Source: Fimbriosthenelais zetlandica | Taxonomy: Eukaryota | DNA length: 64,000 nucleotides | Reading direction: 5' to 3' | NCBI GenBank assembly: GCA_977030845.1 | Contig: OZ365111.1 | Location: 5,890,001 to 5,954,000 of the forward strand | In this document: positions 12,801-25,723 of the stretch, in pieces | Layout of the letters: every line of letters begins with the position of its first letter | How positions within the stretch are numbered: position 1 is the stretch's first letter | Made by a program: the position numbers and the translations under genes | The notes under the pieces: model-generated | Seen by the model: the letters and a program-made list of their open reading frames with translations, nothing else | Told to the model about the DNA's origin: nothing | Databases searched by the model: none

Positions 12801-13123
12801 TTAATTACAACCATCAATCGATGGACTATCATGTATATAAACCATGAAAAGGAAAGCTTGTAAAAGTGTCCTGCAGAATCGTGATGCGTGGTCGCTTCTT
12901 TTATGCATCGTCGAGTGCGCAACGAAAAAAAGAGGCACATAAAGGAGGACCTTGAAAAGGCTTTCCATGATTAGTGGACTTGCAGTCAGCCATGTATGAG
13001 AGGAGCCTCGTGTAAGCTAATCTCATGAGCAATTCCTGTCAAGGCTGGTCTTTGGGAGGAAAAATCAACCAAAACTAACTTCTTGGACTCAACTTACCAA
13101 CTCCCATCTAGATTTTCAATTTA

Positions 13124-13210
13124 AGGCTAATATTCGTTTTGAAACAAGCTCCAGGAACAAAAATTAGTCATAGACTTAGCATTGCTAATTTTTCTTTTGA
13201 AATAAGACCC
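13124..13210. mobile_element. MITE family A2 fragments
   Basis: ggctaatattcgttttgaaacaagctcc and catagacttagcattgctaatt..ttttgaaataagaccc. Confidence 0.65.
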
Positions 13211-13890
13211 TGTTCATTGTTTCCTTCGCGTGGTTATAACAGTAGACCTATATAACTTTTCATGGCTAGGTTTGAAGAGACTTACTTGGAAGGAAAAGAA
13301 ATGCTCATGGAAGTCATGAATATGACCAGAAATGTGTATCTCTAACTCTTTGGGACACCACCTGCTGCACCCTTCTATTATTGATTAAAAAAATTAAAAT
13401 CTCGGCCAGGACAATTTACTCTAAAATGTCTTTGTCCCCAGGAGTATCAAAACAAACAGTGCCAATGGTAGTTTTCGTTCAGTATTACAGGACTTTTGAG
13501 GAGCCTTGAGAAATGGCATCTGCGTTGAATCGAAGCTTGCAAGTACCCGTTTAAAAGAAAGCATGTTTCTTATTATTTGTTTTGCATTCTAGCATTTCCA
13601 GATTTACTGTCACATGCTATTCCGGGAAGAGGACTGATTATGCTGGTCTCCCCAGCTCAATTCCTCTCTCCCGACATGCATGGTAACAGATGCGAGAGGT
13701 TCCTGGCAAGCGTTTAAGTAAATAAACTGATTCGAAGGAAAACTATCCTACATTAAACAAAGTATAATCTAGACGCTCGGTGTTTAGAGTAGAATTCAAC
13801 AAGTTCAGTATAAGATACCTTTGATGTATATGTAGTCTGAACACATATTGCACGGAGTATAAGCACTGGGCTGTACGTTTCATTGGTAAT

Positions 13891-13950
13891 GCAAACGTCA
13901 GACTTGAGATTTAAACGGATATCCGTTTAAATCTCAAGTCTGATGTTTGC
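13891..13950. repeat. 60-bp spacer-less palindrome (one mismatch)
   Basis: gcaaacgtcagacttgagatttaaacggat|atccgtttaaatctcaagtctgatgtttgc. Confidence 0.95.
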
Positions 13951-15280
13951 TATGAAATTATTAATGTAAGTACAATTTTGCCCATATTCTAGGGTCTGTT
14001 TCATAACAAATAAGCTAGAGGATTGTTATGAAACAATCCAAAGCTTTGTGAGAGGAAGGTTGGGATATTTTAGACGTCTATAATATAAGAAAGGTGGAGC
14101 ACCTCCTAAATCAGATATCCTGAATAAGAAACACATACTTACAATAATCGCCCATTCTACTTTGTATGTAGCTTAATTCATAGAAAGAAACTGTTTGTAG
14201 ACTGGCAACAAACAAATTGTCATTAAACTAATGAATATAATTTCATAGAAATGTATAGAAGAAGAATACATCTCAGCGAAAGGATAAAGATAATATTTTT
14301 AGCCAATGTTAGTCAAAGTCTATGGATCGACTACATCCTTCTTCTGAAACAGGCCCCATGCAGATCCATTAATAAATGAAAGTTCGCAGGTACACTCTAA
14401 TTGCAACTTTAAATTAATCAATCTTGGGAAGGATCATATGTTGCGTAGACGTGCGCTTAATCCAAATGAAGGAGTACGTAACTGAATGACACAGGGCAGC
14501 TGTACCAGAATCCAGCACCTCTCAGTGGTGAATTGGGATGTGTACGAATGTAGATAATGAACCTATGTATATACATGATTGTATATGTCACTTTGTTGGC
14601 TGGGTTAACTGCAGCAGTTGCATGGGAGTCAGTCGCACTTTTGGCACATCATTCGATAGAAAGCCTTTTGCAAAAATATTGCTGAGTCACTGATAGGAAT
14701 ATGGCTTAAATATGAGTCTACAGCTAGCAGGATTAAACAGATCATCAAGATATAGAGACTACCTATTTAGACATCGCATTTCCTATTGCTGATTTAAGAA
14801 GCAAGTTGCATCCCAGGCAGCAATGTTTTTGTACCGTTGAATTTCCTTAGAAGGAAATTCTGTTCGTGTCAGCATGCAAGGCCATCGTCGCAGTTGCTAC
14901 TTTGATAAGCAGATGGTGAAGGACTCGAGTAAAAAGCTAGTCACATGGACTGTTTTTAAATGATTCAATATTTGATTTTCCAACCTTTGGAATTTCAATA
15001 TTGTCGATTTTTACATGACTGAACTCTTGGTCAGGGAATTATCAAGTAAACATACTGACGTTTTCCACTGCATGATTTCAAAAATGGCCTTCAGCATCGT
15101 TACCCCAATCATTCTCAATACGTCACCAAGGAATAAATCGGAGGTTTTTCCTCCAGAGATTCCTTTCACTATATATTACCAATAGTGCTCAATGTAGCTC
15201 AGATAGTGCTAGTGGAATGTAGCAAACAATGATTTAAAGCTATCATCTCAGGAGAAAGCCATTCCATGGGGAATAACCAG

Positions 15281-15341
15281 GGGCCTGTTTCAGCATTTCC
15301 CATAGACTTAGCATTGGTGATGGTTGTTGTGAAACAGGCCC
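15281..15341. mobile_element. MITE family A1
   Basis: CAG|GGGCCTGTTTCAG..catagacttagcattg..TGAAACAGGCCC|CTG. Confidence 0.85.
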
Positions 15342-16104
15342 CTGAACACGATACAGTAAGGCTGGATATGCTGTCAAACAATGTGCAGCCAGTACAATAA
15401 ATTGAGAAAAGAATATATCCTTCATATACAGTATATTTGCACGATTGATAGGAGGGAGATCTATACTGTAGACTCAATGTAAAAGAGTAATTTGTAGACC
15501 TAAATCCTTTGGTCCTAATGCCAATGTAGACCCGCCCAACAGGGAAACTATAGATACAAGAGCACTTAAGTTATGAAGAGAACCAACTCTTACAAATCCA
15601 CCCAGACAAATTGATAATACATTGTACTAATAACTTATAGCAATCGCTTCTTAAAGGCTAAAATATCATCATACAAATACTATTAGAAAAAGAAATCTAA
15701 CGGAAGGCATGTATACATACACTCTTAATCTTGAAACTTAATTCTGACAGCTGTGACAGGCAAATCACTGATTAAGTGGCAAATTGTTTTCCCTGAAGTA
15801 TACATTGATTTTCAGAGTTGTCCAGCAGACACCTAATATGATTTTCCTCCAATATTGACAATACAACGGAAGCATGTCTGACAGGCTTCTTAAGTAAACT
15901 GACAAAGAAACTATAAGGCTACCATCGCCAGGGAAATAGAGCTGCATGTTGGGCGTTTGTTAGTAACAGCAATGTTACGCTTCATGACTGAACATGTAGA
16001 CCTATTTCTACCCACACTTCCCTTCCGGTAAAGCCACTAGCGTCAAAGCCAATTCCAAAGGGAAAACAAGTTGACGGGAAACAAAGCAGTTATTTCTTGT
16101 AAAG

Positions 16105-16143
16105 TCTACGGTCTGGGTGTTCTAAAAGGTCTGGTAGGAGGAG
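16105..16143 (+). CDS. Candidate 39-nt coding exon (xYGLGVLKGLVGG), product unknown
   Basis: ttatttcttgtaaag|...GAG|gtgagt; open in phase 1-1 and joins in frame to the acceptor at 16470. No homology recognised. Confidence 0.3.
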
Positions 16144-16469
16144 GTGAGTAAGGCATTACTGCATGTAATTAAACCAATTTCACGCCTTTCCTTGTCTTGT
16201 GGTGAGATAATAATTGCTGGCAAACATATTGAAATAATAAAAACACACAACAATTTAACGACATAATATTGCTGCAATGTGGGCTAAAGTAGAATAGTTT
16301 ACATGCCCATGAAACAAGTGATTTAATACATTGTGAGAAAGTATTATGAAAGGGGTATATACCCCTGTCATATAAGGTTTTAGGTATGTATATAAACAAT
16401 AGGCCTCGCTATAAAAGGACACTACTGCTTTTCTATAATGAAATGTTATTAGATTTTCTCCATTTTCAG

Positions 16470-16492
16470 GTTATACCACATGCATGCTGTGA
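16470..16492 (+). CDS. Candidate terminal coding exon (GYTTCML*)
   Basis: Strong acceptor ttttctccattttcag|; in frame with 16105-16143. Confidence 0.25.
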
Positions 16493-17178
16493 CGTAGTAG
16501 ACAATTTTGAAAAGAAAAAAAGATTCGTCGCTTAGTTTCCCTGATATTTTTTGTTCCGATTGCCATCATATAAAACAACCAAAAAGAGGTTGCTGTCTGT
16601 ACAAAATATTATTTGTTTTCCATAAATAGTAGAATGCATGGATAGGCATGACATTCATACCAATTAAATGAATCTTTGTTATAAAATGGGACCTCAGATC
16701 TCGCTGACAGAAACAGGAGCTATTGAAGTTTATCTTTTCAGAAATTTTCACTCCTAAAAGATGGATTTAATTGCACAATTTGCAGGGTGCAAAAAGGCCA
16801 TGACAGGCGATCAGAGGTTATTTAATAGAATCATTGATTGAGTGCATTTAACATTTTTGTGGCAGGTTCAGCATATCTATGCTCAGTAGGCACTACTGTC
16901 ATAGAATCATGTAATACATCATAGTATAATGTAATTGCACTTCATAACAACTAACATCTTAAGTCCTTCCATATTGTCATGGATTTACTTGCTTCGTCCC
17001 TTGGCTTGTAATTAATTAACATGAAATATAACTATGCCTAATGAAATGTGCATGCGAAATTTGTAACCAAAGCGTCTGGCTGGCTGGAGTGATTCTGCTA
17101 CATTAGAAATAAATAATTAGGGATTAACGACCGAGGTTGGATTGGTGAATCACTTTTCACAATGCCCAACCAGCTTGC

Positions 17179-17305
17179 TTCAGAACAACCATTAGCAATG
17201 CTAAGTCTATGGGGAACAGGGGCCTGTTTCAGAACAACGATTAGCAATGCTAAGTCTATGGGGAACAGGGGCCTGTTTCAGAACAACCATTAGCAATGCT
17301 AAGTC
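17179..17305. repeat. 49-bp tandem array (~2.6 units) made from the left arm of MITE family A1
   Basis: Unit ggggcctgtttcagaacaacsattagcaatgctaagtctatggggaaca; cagaac recurs at 17181, 17230 and 17279. Confidence 0.9.
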
Positions 17306-17320
17306 CAATGTCAGACTTAC

Positions 17321-17356
17321 CAAGGAAATTTATCCTATCAAAGTCAGTGGCCAGAA
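17321..17356 (-). CDS. Candidate 36-nt coding exon (xLATDFDRINFL), product unknown
   Basis: gtcaatttcag|TTCTGG...CCTTG|gtaagt; only the symmetric phase-1 frame is open. Confidence 0.4.
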
Positions 17357-17994
17357 CTGAAATTGACACAGCCAATCTAACTCACAACCTGGTCAGTTAT
17401 AATATTCAGTGGACGATAATAGGAGCAATAATGCCTTTGAACTCTAATAACGTGAAATCTATCCACTTTTGTAGTACAAAATTTCAATAACGTTGATAAG
17501 TTTGATATTTCAACATAATGATTTTCTCTTACCAAAGACAGTATGTATACACAAACTGAATAAGTATCGTTTATGAATTTTTCGAAAATTACTAAAATTA
17601 CATACATTTTTAATAAGTATTGAGAACATTTTGAGTGCGTTTGTATTTGGGTTCATTTGATAGACCCCAAAGACTGTATGCATGCACTCACCTCAATGGT
17701 GCTTATTTATACACTCCCATTATACGAACATATTGAAGTAAATTGACTGGAATGTAAAATGCTTGTTATTGCCACTTGCTTCATGTGAAGTACTAATGAG
17801 CAACAGTATGGGATGAAAGATACAAGGGATGCGACAAAAACTGGTATAGGCTCTCCATCTTGTTTCTCTATTAGCTACAGTCTGATTAAAGCACGGTTAA
17901 ATTGGCTCTACTTACTGAGAAATATACTGAGGCATTAATGGGCCAGAAAAAGGTCTGCATTTCACTCATTCCACTGTCTATAATTTATTTGCGT

Positions 17995-18018
17995 TGGCTT
18001 CTAAATATTTAGAAGCCA
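17995..18018. repeat. 24-bp perfect palindrome
   Basis: tggcttctaaat|atttagaagcca. Confidence 0.9.
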
Positions 18019-18222
18019 TTACTATTTAGTAATATGTCTCTTCCACCTATATGCCCAATTACTTAAATATAAGTGTAAATTAGTGAATGGAATAATCTAT
18101 GATATGGCTGCCTACTTATAACTTGTGTGTGAAGCAGGTGTAAATGATGGACTACAAATTGAATATTGTAGGCAACCACAAGCCAGGACCTACAACGATT
18201 AGTGTATGTTATATGTGACTTG

Positions 18223-18432
18223 AGCCAGGCCTCCACTGCTGCGATTTTGTTTGCGACACGTCTGCGACAAAGGTGATGCTTGTGTTTCAATGATAAATTA
18301 CCATTGGAAGACGGCGTTAAGGCCTTAGGCACTTGAACCACAATTTATAAATTTTATTCTTACACAACTTCACAAGCATCACCTTTGTCGCAGTCGTGTC
18401 GCAAGCACTGTCGCAGCAGTGGAGTCCCGGCT
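18223..18432. mobile_element. MITE family B (~210 bp, ~60-bp TIRs)
   Basis: AGCCAGGCCTCCACTGCTGCGATTTTG...TCGCAGCAGTGGAGTCCCGGCT; near-identical to 32238-32448. Confidence 0.9.
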
Positions 18433-20529
18433 AAATGTTTAAAAAATGAAAAAAACTAAGTTTTGCAGACTGTCTGCATGCTCCATGACCCGCGAGGATT
18501 ACGACCAAAGTTCCCAAGGAACCGTTTCAGGACAAAAAGTTCCAACAACAGCAAAATATAATGTAGGTCATTGGGCATCTTATGAAACGGGTCCAGGAAG
18601 ATGTTTCACGCTTTGTGAACCTATAGAAGTGACTGACTATTCATAGGCATCATGGCCGATCAGACGCCGATGAAATATTTCGGTTGAGGTGACTGGAGAG
18701 ATCAAATCTAGGGCAGGACGAGAAGGTGTATAAAAAAACGGGCGGATTATCAGGATATATAGGAATAATATTGAACTCAGTCTCACATAGTTACACCAAA
18801 ATAAACTGCCCTTAGACCAGACACCTTAACACAGCATACACCACCCACAACCAACCCCATCCCCTAAAAAAAAGAGAAAAAAGCCAGCTCCCAGCGCAAA
18901 GTGAGTGGATCCAGACCAGACCATGGAATGGGTGCTGAAATCAACCCACCACGGTCATGGCCCAGGGTCCCTGTGTGCACATTGGCGATGACGTCTGTTT
19001 TTCATTGCATATAAATGGGGAAGTACAATGGCAGCCAAGCTTTTGAAAAAGATGTCAGATAACAGTTAGTCTCAGTGTGTGGTGCATATGAAGAAACCTT
19101 CTGCATCACTTGAGTCCTATGCAGCATTGCTAAATAGGGACACTAAGCTTGCCGGGATCAGATTCGTTTGTCCACAAACATTGCTGTGTCGACACAAGCA
19201 CATACAGCTTGCCTATGGCCTGCATAGAGCTAGTAAAAAACACTGTCTCCGCGACCCATTGATTTCAACGTTTATAAAGTAGGCAAACCTGACCTTCAGC
19301 TTTAAGGCTGTCTACCATACAGGCAGTTCTAAATACTGTGATTGAAACTGGTAAATATATTCCTCATCCCAATTACAACCAACCATGAATAGTTGAAATA
19401 ATAAATTAACACCAAAATATTTGTACATTTTTAAAATGGATTAATATAGTATAATGTATTAAAGAAAAAGAACAGGTATATGGAATATACTATATTTAGA
19501 CTTATCGTGGATTGGTCGCCCTTGCATGGAAGTAATTGATGCTGCTGAAGTTACTTACATAAATTTGCTTTTAAATTGGGATCTCATTATGCCAGAATAT
19601 TTAGAATATTATCATTTTAGGATAACCAGATCGTGTAGTTTCCTATCCAGCCAATACGCAAGGACTAGAAAGCGAATAAAGAAATATCCACTCATGTTAA
19701 TTAATTCCTTAAGCTATAACTATTATGAAGTTTAAATGACAGAGCAAATGTTGTAAATTATATGTAGCTCATGTATGAATGATGTGTATTTAAAATGACA
19801 GTAACAAAAATACCAGTCCTACAGCAGAGGCTTTGTGTCCATTACGTTCCAATTGATCCTATCTTTCATATCGGGAAGGAGCTCGAGAACAAGCTATAAA
19901 TCTTTTGGTCGCTTATGGGCAGAGGTGATCGGTTTGCATTCGGCCACAGATTGCATTTCAAATGGGAAAATAAAGCCACTCACTGCCTACCGAATAACCC
20001 GATATGACCATTGCGTGATTTGGTGCTCGTGAGGTATTACTTGATAATAAAACTGCGTCTTATTCATCGACAGGAGTCAATAAAATACCATCTGTCAGAG
20101 ACTTATTTTTCTTACATTTAATACAGAACTGATATTGTATGAGAGTATACATATAATAGAGTAAAATGATAAAAATAAAATGGATAGTCGATATCTCCAT
20201 GCAGTGAGATACTAGTACTTGTACTGGATGATGCACTAGTACAAGAACAAGAAACAAGGAAATATCACGTTCTATTTATGTACCCCCTACAATGGATTAC
20301 AATAGATTTACAATAGATTATACAGAGGGGACAACGTGATTCAGAGTTTAAGACACCTGGGTATTCAGACAATTTTTTTAAAATTTTGGTCTGAAATCTG
20401 ACCTCCACGGTGCTGGTGCACATGCGCATCAACTACACATGGCATCATATTATAAAATAGATTCTCTGTGATTTGGAGTTATTCTGGACTATCACAGTCA
20501 GCAAACTGACGTAGTCATTCTGTAGGTAT

Positions 20530-20660
20530 GAGTAACGCACCGGAAATGTTAAATCACCACCCAAAACATGGTTACAAATACAAGTAGAATGCCAGGGCCC
20601 GTGAGGCAGGCACCGGAAGTGTCATTGACGCCATTTTGTTTGCCTGTCAGGGCTTTAATC
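20530..20660. promoter_or_regulatory. Promoter-like motif cluster (two ETS, one YY1)
   Basis: CCGGAAAT (~20539), CCGGAAGT (20613-20620) and CGCCATTTTG (20629-20638); no convincing linked exon, so it could be transposon-derived. Confidence 0.3.
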
Positions 20661-22174
20661 CTGGGAGTTAGGCATGGGATGCCTGGGGGTAGAAATGACT
20701 GATGTCACGTTTAAAATGTAGTGAATGGGGGCAGTAGGTGGACTAATCCTATCATCACCATCTACGTACGGCACAAAATTCAAACAACTTCATCGTGGCA
20801 GGCATGGACTCATCATACCGCCTATCTTGCCTTCACTTCCGAGCATGATTGGTGGTCGTTGTGGAATGTAGTATGTGGAATGTATTATATTCGTTTTGTT
20901 TTGTACAGCTTGCCCCAGGTCTGTGTTTTATAACTTGCCATAATATACCAGGATCAATACTTTATCATTTTTCAGGTTAGGACATAAGTGAAATAAAAAT
21001 ACCATGGACATTCCTTTGATGTAAATTGCAAATAAGCCTATTTTTCATATTATATTTACCCCCTATTCTAGGGTGGCCCTGTGTAATATTGAAGGGATGA
21101 TATTCAAATAGGCTTATTTCATCAAAATTAATATTCTAACCATGGTATATTCATTTTGTGTACAAAAAACGTATTCAACTATTATAATACATGAACTTGG
21201 AAATATTGGAAATTGGACTGCACTGTTCTTTGTTGAGTGCCAGAGGAATGCAATTAGCATTCAAAGTAAGTTGCCAGACGCATACACGAGGGACACTGGA
21301 GCACCAGGTCATACATAGAGAACAGTTGGAACGTCAAAATTCCTAATTGTAAAGCCTTTCTCTCTGGCCATTTTTGCCACGACTTCTGGCCCGACAAATT
21401 ACCCCGTCATGTCCCAAAACAACCATCCATATCAGTCTATATCAGAGAGATCTTAAAAAGAAAGAACTTGATTTTGATATAATACAGATCATTTGTCATG
21501 AGCTTTTTGTATGGATCTTCTACAATGGGGAGTGAGTATTGTCATGGAGTCTATAATTGAGACTGGCCCTCGATTGGTAAGAAAAGGCTATGGTGCAAAA
21601 AGGGTATCGATAAGAATTAAACCAGGCATTGCCTTATTATTGCCAGTTTCACGATAAATGGGTCCTAGGGGGCTAATAGATTACCTGCTTCTCACATCGA
21701 ATATAAGATGCACATATATCATGTCTTGCTGCCAATCTTTACTCTGTTGTTGTTATTTTGCATTCAATAATAATTGTAGTTTATATATATATAGTCCATA
21801 TTACATTACCTTCCTATATCATCAGCAAAATAAAAAAAAAATCAGATAATGCATTCTGATTATAAATTCTGTTTGTGTGATGTGTCTAAAAGTATAAACT
21901 TGCTGTCAGCCTCGATATGCTGGTCTTCCTTTAGATATTTTTCTATTGCTTTCCTATTAACCTCACGAAAAGTTTATCGTGCCATGCTTTAATAGTGTCA
22001 TGACATTAGCGAGGTACATTGTTATTGTGTTGAAACTATACAGGACCATCGGAAAAAACATCTACTCAATTTACAAAAATGATACCCTGAAAGTGACATT
22101 TTTAGATACGAATTTATATTCATGAAATTTGTCTTTAAAGGGGGTAAATAATTCTCCATAATCATTACGGAGAG

Positions 22175-22294
22175 GGGCCGTTTCAAAATTGATATTGTTA
22201 ATGCATATGGCTGATATTCGTTTTGAAACAGCGAGGCTCCAGGGCCAGTTTCATCGCAAAAAATACCATTAGTGGTTTTTTCTAAAACAGGCCC
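22175..22294. mobile_element. Two adjacent degenerate MITE family A copies
   Basis: gggccgtttcaaaa..atattcgttttgaaacag..ctc|cag|ggccagtttca..aaaacaggccc. Confidence 0.65.
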
Positions 22295-24740
22295 CTCATC
22301 CAGCAAGAATCAGCGAGACTTTGTCAAAATACTAATGTACAATACAATATTTCTGATAGGCTCTTACTAACTTTTCAATATTGTTTTATTCATGTTAAAG
22401 TATACGCGCTATATAGCTTCATGGGACCAAGTTGTATCGGGGTACCCCTGAATCAAAAGCGCGAATGATGTATGAATGTGCCTATAGGGAGGCCCAACCC
22501 ATTGGTTAGTACCCCAGTCAGAATTGTGTGACTTGACTTTTGTATGATGCTATCAACCTATTCTTGTTGAATATTGACTCGTGGTGTTTCGCTGATCAAT
22601 GTCTGTGGCCTGCCTTTTTCAGGGTCATCTCAATATGTCAATAGGGGTGCTGGCAAGAGATGGATGCACTGGTCTACACGTGTGATGCCATCTTCTAATT
22701 TTATGATAACCGCCGAATAGAGCTCTACATCTCAAAACATTAAAAAAAAAATCGGCTGACTATTTTTAAACATAAAGTAGAGAAAATGATTTGTCACACA
22801 TTGTTGTTTATTGAAAGTGGTTTCTCATACGTTAAAAAGTTTGATTCCTGCATTTATATATATGAATGTCTGGTCGACATTTAATATTTTGACTGATACA
22901 CCGTATAATTATATTAGACATTAAGTAGTGGTAGTAAACAGCATCAAGTTCAATTAGACTCCCTAATTGCAGGCTTATATATTACGAAAACCCCAATAGA
23001 TTATGTGTTAGTAAACCTCTTTAAAAAGTGTTTTATTGAGTGTCCCCAGAATAAAATAGATCGAGGATCGGCTCTGGGGGATGTTTGAATGTAAAAAAAG
23101 ATGTACTTCATTATCCCATAGATTGATTTACCATGCTTTGCCAATGACTATGTAAAAGCTCCCCAGTTTATCGATATGACTATCTGACTATAAGAACTCT
23201 GGCTATCGTTTGAACAATCAGGCCTTAGGATAATCCAAATATGTTTGAAGCCATGTCTATATCTTAAGCCCCTCATTGAATGTCTTGGCTCAGGCTGCAT
23301 TTAAGCAGTGTAGCGCCTTTGAGATTGGGGATCAATATTGTTTCTCTTTTTGCTGATTTAAGCAGGGTAACGGATTTAGTGTCATGACTGTTGACAATCC
23401 AGTGCCACCTTTACCACTTTTGAACCGTGTTCTGAGGAGGAGGCTCTTTGCCTTTAGCGTCAGGCGATGTTTTCCCCGACCTGACCTATTTATGAGGCCC
23501 AAAGCAGGGAACACTTTTTCCCTCCCGTTACCCCAGCTTTACGTTGGGTAATCTGTCTTGTTTCTTGGTAATTAACTTATTGCAACATGCCCGTCCCCGC
23601 CATCGATTAGCTGATCATGGTAAAAAAAACTAAGAGCTAAAGCAATAGATTCACTGAGATCTTAAGGCTGTATAAGACCTGTTTATTTTTTGCTTTTTGA
23701 AGTGTTTTTATGCTGGCCATTGTCCCTCCATCAGTTAAGTTTGAGTCTAGCTCTTATGACAGCCTTAAGAATTTGTAGTTTATATGAAGAGAGACCAAAG
23801 TCCCTCCCCAACCCCAAGTAGAAAAAACCAAACAATCCCAAAACCCATAGATTCCTCATCGGTTTTGCATTAATCCCAGGAATGGCCATTGTTCTCTGGG
23901 GACCTCAAAAACGGGTTGTCGGGTTTTTGCGGGAAGATTCCCATGCCTTTTTAGAAAAAAATTACAAAACAGGAACTAGGGTCAGGACGAAGACTAATGT
24001 TATCGTAGGCTCTTAACATCTCAGTGGATTTAGGCCCTACAGTGGAAGCACAGGCTAAGAACATGTAGGTGACAGGCGTAAGTAAATGGACATTGATCTA
24101 ATGGTATTGATTAGAAAATAGACCCTCGGAATGAACACCGGAAGTTGCTGTGGCGTATGGTTGCATGACATTTCCAGAAACCATAGACCTTAATTAAGAG
24201 ACATATCTATTTCCAATAACCAACATGTTCTACCATAGACCCAGACATGCAACTCAAATGGAACCCTAATTTGGAAAAATCTATAAATTAGGCATTACAC
24301 ATTTTAATGCGAAATTGAAAATAAATATATTCTCTCTCAAAAACAACGTGGGTGGGTGTGGGTGGAGGGGGGGGGGGGTAGTTCCACTCGGTATATTTTT
24401 AAGGAACCTAATGAGACAGGTTTGAGTCAGCATATAAGAAGACTAGGTACCGGGTTTTTTTGTGGGATATAGTAGAATTTTAGGACCCCAAAAGGTGAAT
24501 CTCATGTACAAAGAGTGTGCTTCAGAAGGCATCCTGCTCATAGAGCCATGGATCTTGCTTTTCAGCTGTTCCGAACCCTCCAAACACCCTCAAGGCTATC
24601 AGGTCAGTAATTAAACCACCTTTACATTCACCTTAAGTAAGACTATGTAAATCCCCTGACAAAAAAAATCCGACTTCCTTTTGAATGTTAATGCCCCTTA
24701 AAACACAAGTGGAGCAGTCAATTATTACTGGACCATCTAA

Positions 24741-24974
24741 AGCCCGACATCCACTGTACGATCTTTGGAAAAACAGATTTTTCTGATCGGCAAAGATCAA
24801 AATAAAATCGTTCCGGATCATTTCTCTATTTATTTAACATTGAAAAATCGGCGCCCATCCCAAGATTTTGGCATCCACCAGCCCGATCATCTGTTTTGGG
24901 GGTACCGATCGCCTGCATGTGATCGCTTAAGATCGCAAAATCGGGATGAAAATCGGGCTGGTGGATGTCGAGCT
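24741..24974. mobile_element. MITE with AGCC-type termini (related ends to families B and D)
   Basis: TAA|AGCCCGACATCCAC...GTGGATGTCGAGCT|TTA; internal copy of the arm at ~24871. Confidence 0.7.
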
Positions 24975-25478
24975 TTAGCCCAAGTTACCATAAATGTAAC
25001 TGTAGAGAGTATTGTAAAGTTCAATGACAAATAGAAAGTAGGGAACAAAAGAAAAAAGATTATTATGAAAGCTTTTGCTATTAACAGCCTTCTTATATTT
25101 CACAGCCTACTGTATTTGTAACCTGTAAGTGTAGTCCACAGCAAATTTATACGTCTTTACGTCTATAAAGGCAATAGAAATCTTTCTTTCTGACACCTCA
25201 CAAATGAACTTTAGAGGATATATTGTAATACCTACATGTAAGTGACAAAGAAAATGCTTTCCGGAAGAAATATATTCAGCAATGGAGGAAGTAACTTAGA
25301 CTCAAAGTAAAAATTGACTTTCTCATTTCACAATTCACCAGCCATACGATGTTACTTTCAGTTCTGTTTTTTTTAATTGAAGATTTTCAATTTCAATTAC
25401 ATAATGACTTTATATTATATAGTAACATTATTTTTTTATTTATATTGAAACGACAGTCGTAACACACCATTATAGAGA

Positions 25479-25723
25479 ATGAGGATGTTCCAGCTCCTCA
25501 GCAAAATTATATTGTCTCTAACTTGTGTGGTATTTGCACAATAAATATTTTGTTTCTTTCTATTTGCTATTAATCATGTCGACTGTTTGAAGGAGTTGGA
25601 ACTGGTGCTCCTCTAAAGTAATCATGATTCGAGTCTGCCAACAAAAATACAAGTGAGGGTCCGCAAAATGCGACTGACTTAAATGCAAATGGTACCGACA
25701 ATAGGCAAGAGCTGCTGCTAAAA
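25479..25723 (+). pseudogene. Possible disabled first exon of a secreted or membrane protein
   Basis: ATG plus hydrophobic signal-like MRMFQLLSKIILSLTCVVFAQ* , later FESANKNTSEGPQNATDLNANGTDNRQELLLK (three N-glycosylation sequons) ending at AAA|gtgagt; needs stops and a frameshift to join. Confidence 0.25.

Noticed and set aside
24348-24378. G-quadruplex or telomere-like tract
   Set aside because: Short G-rich patch with no telomeric hexamer repeats and no functional context.
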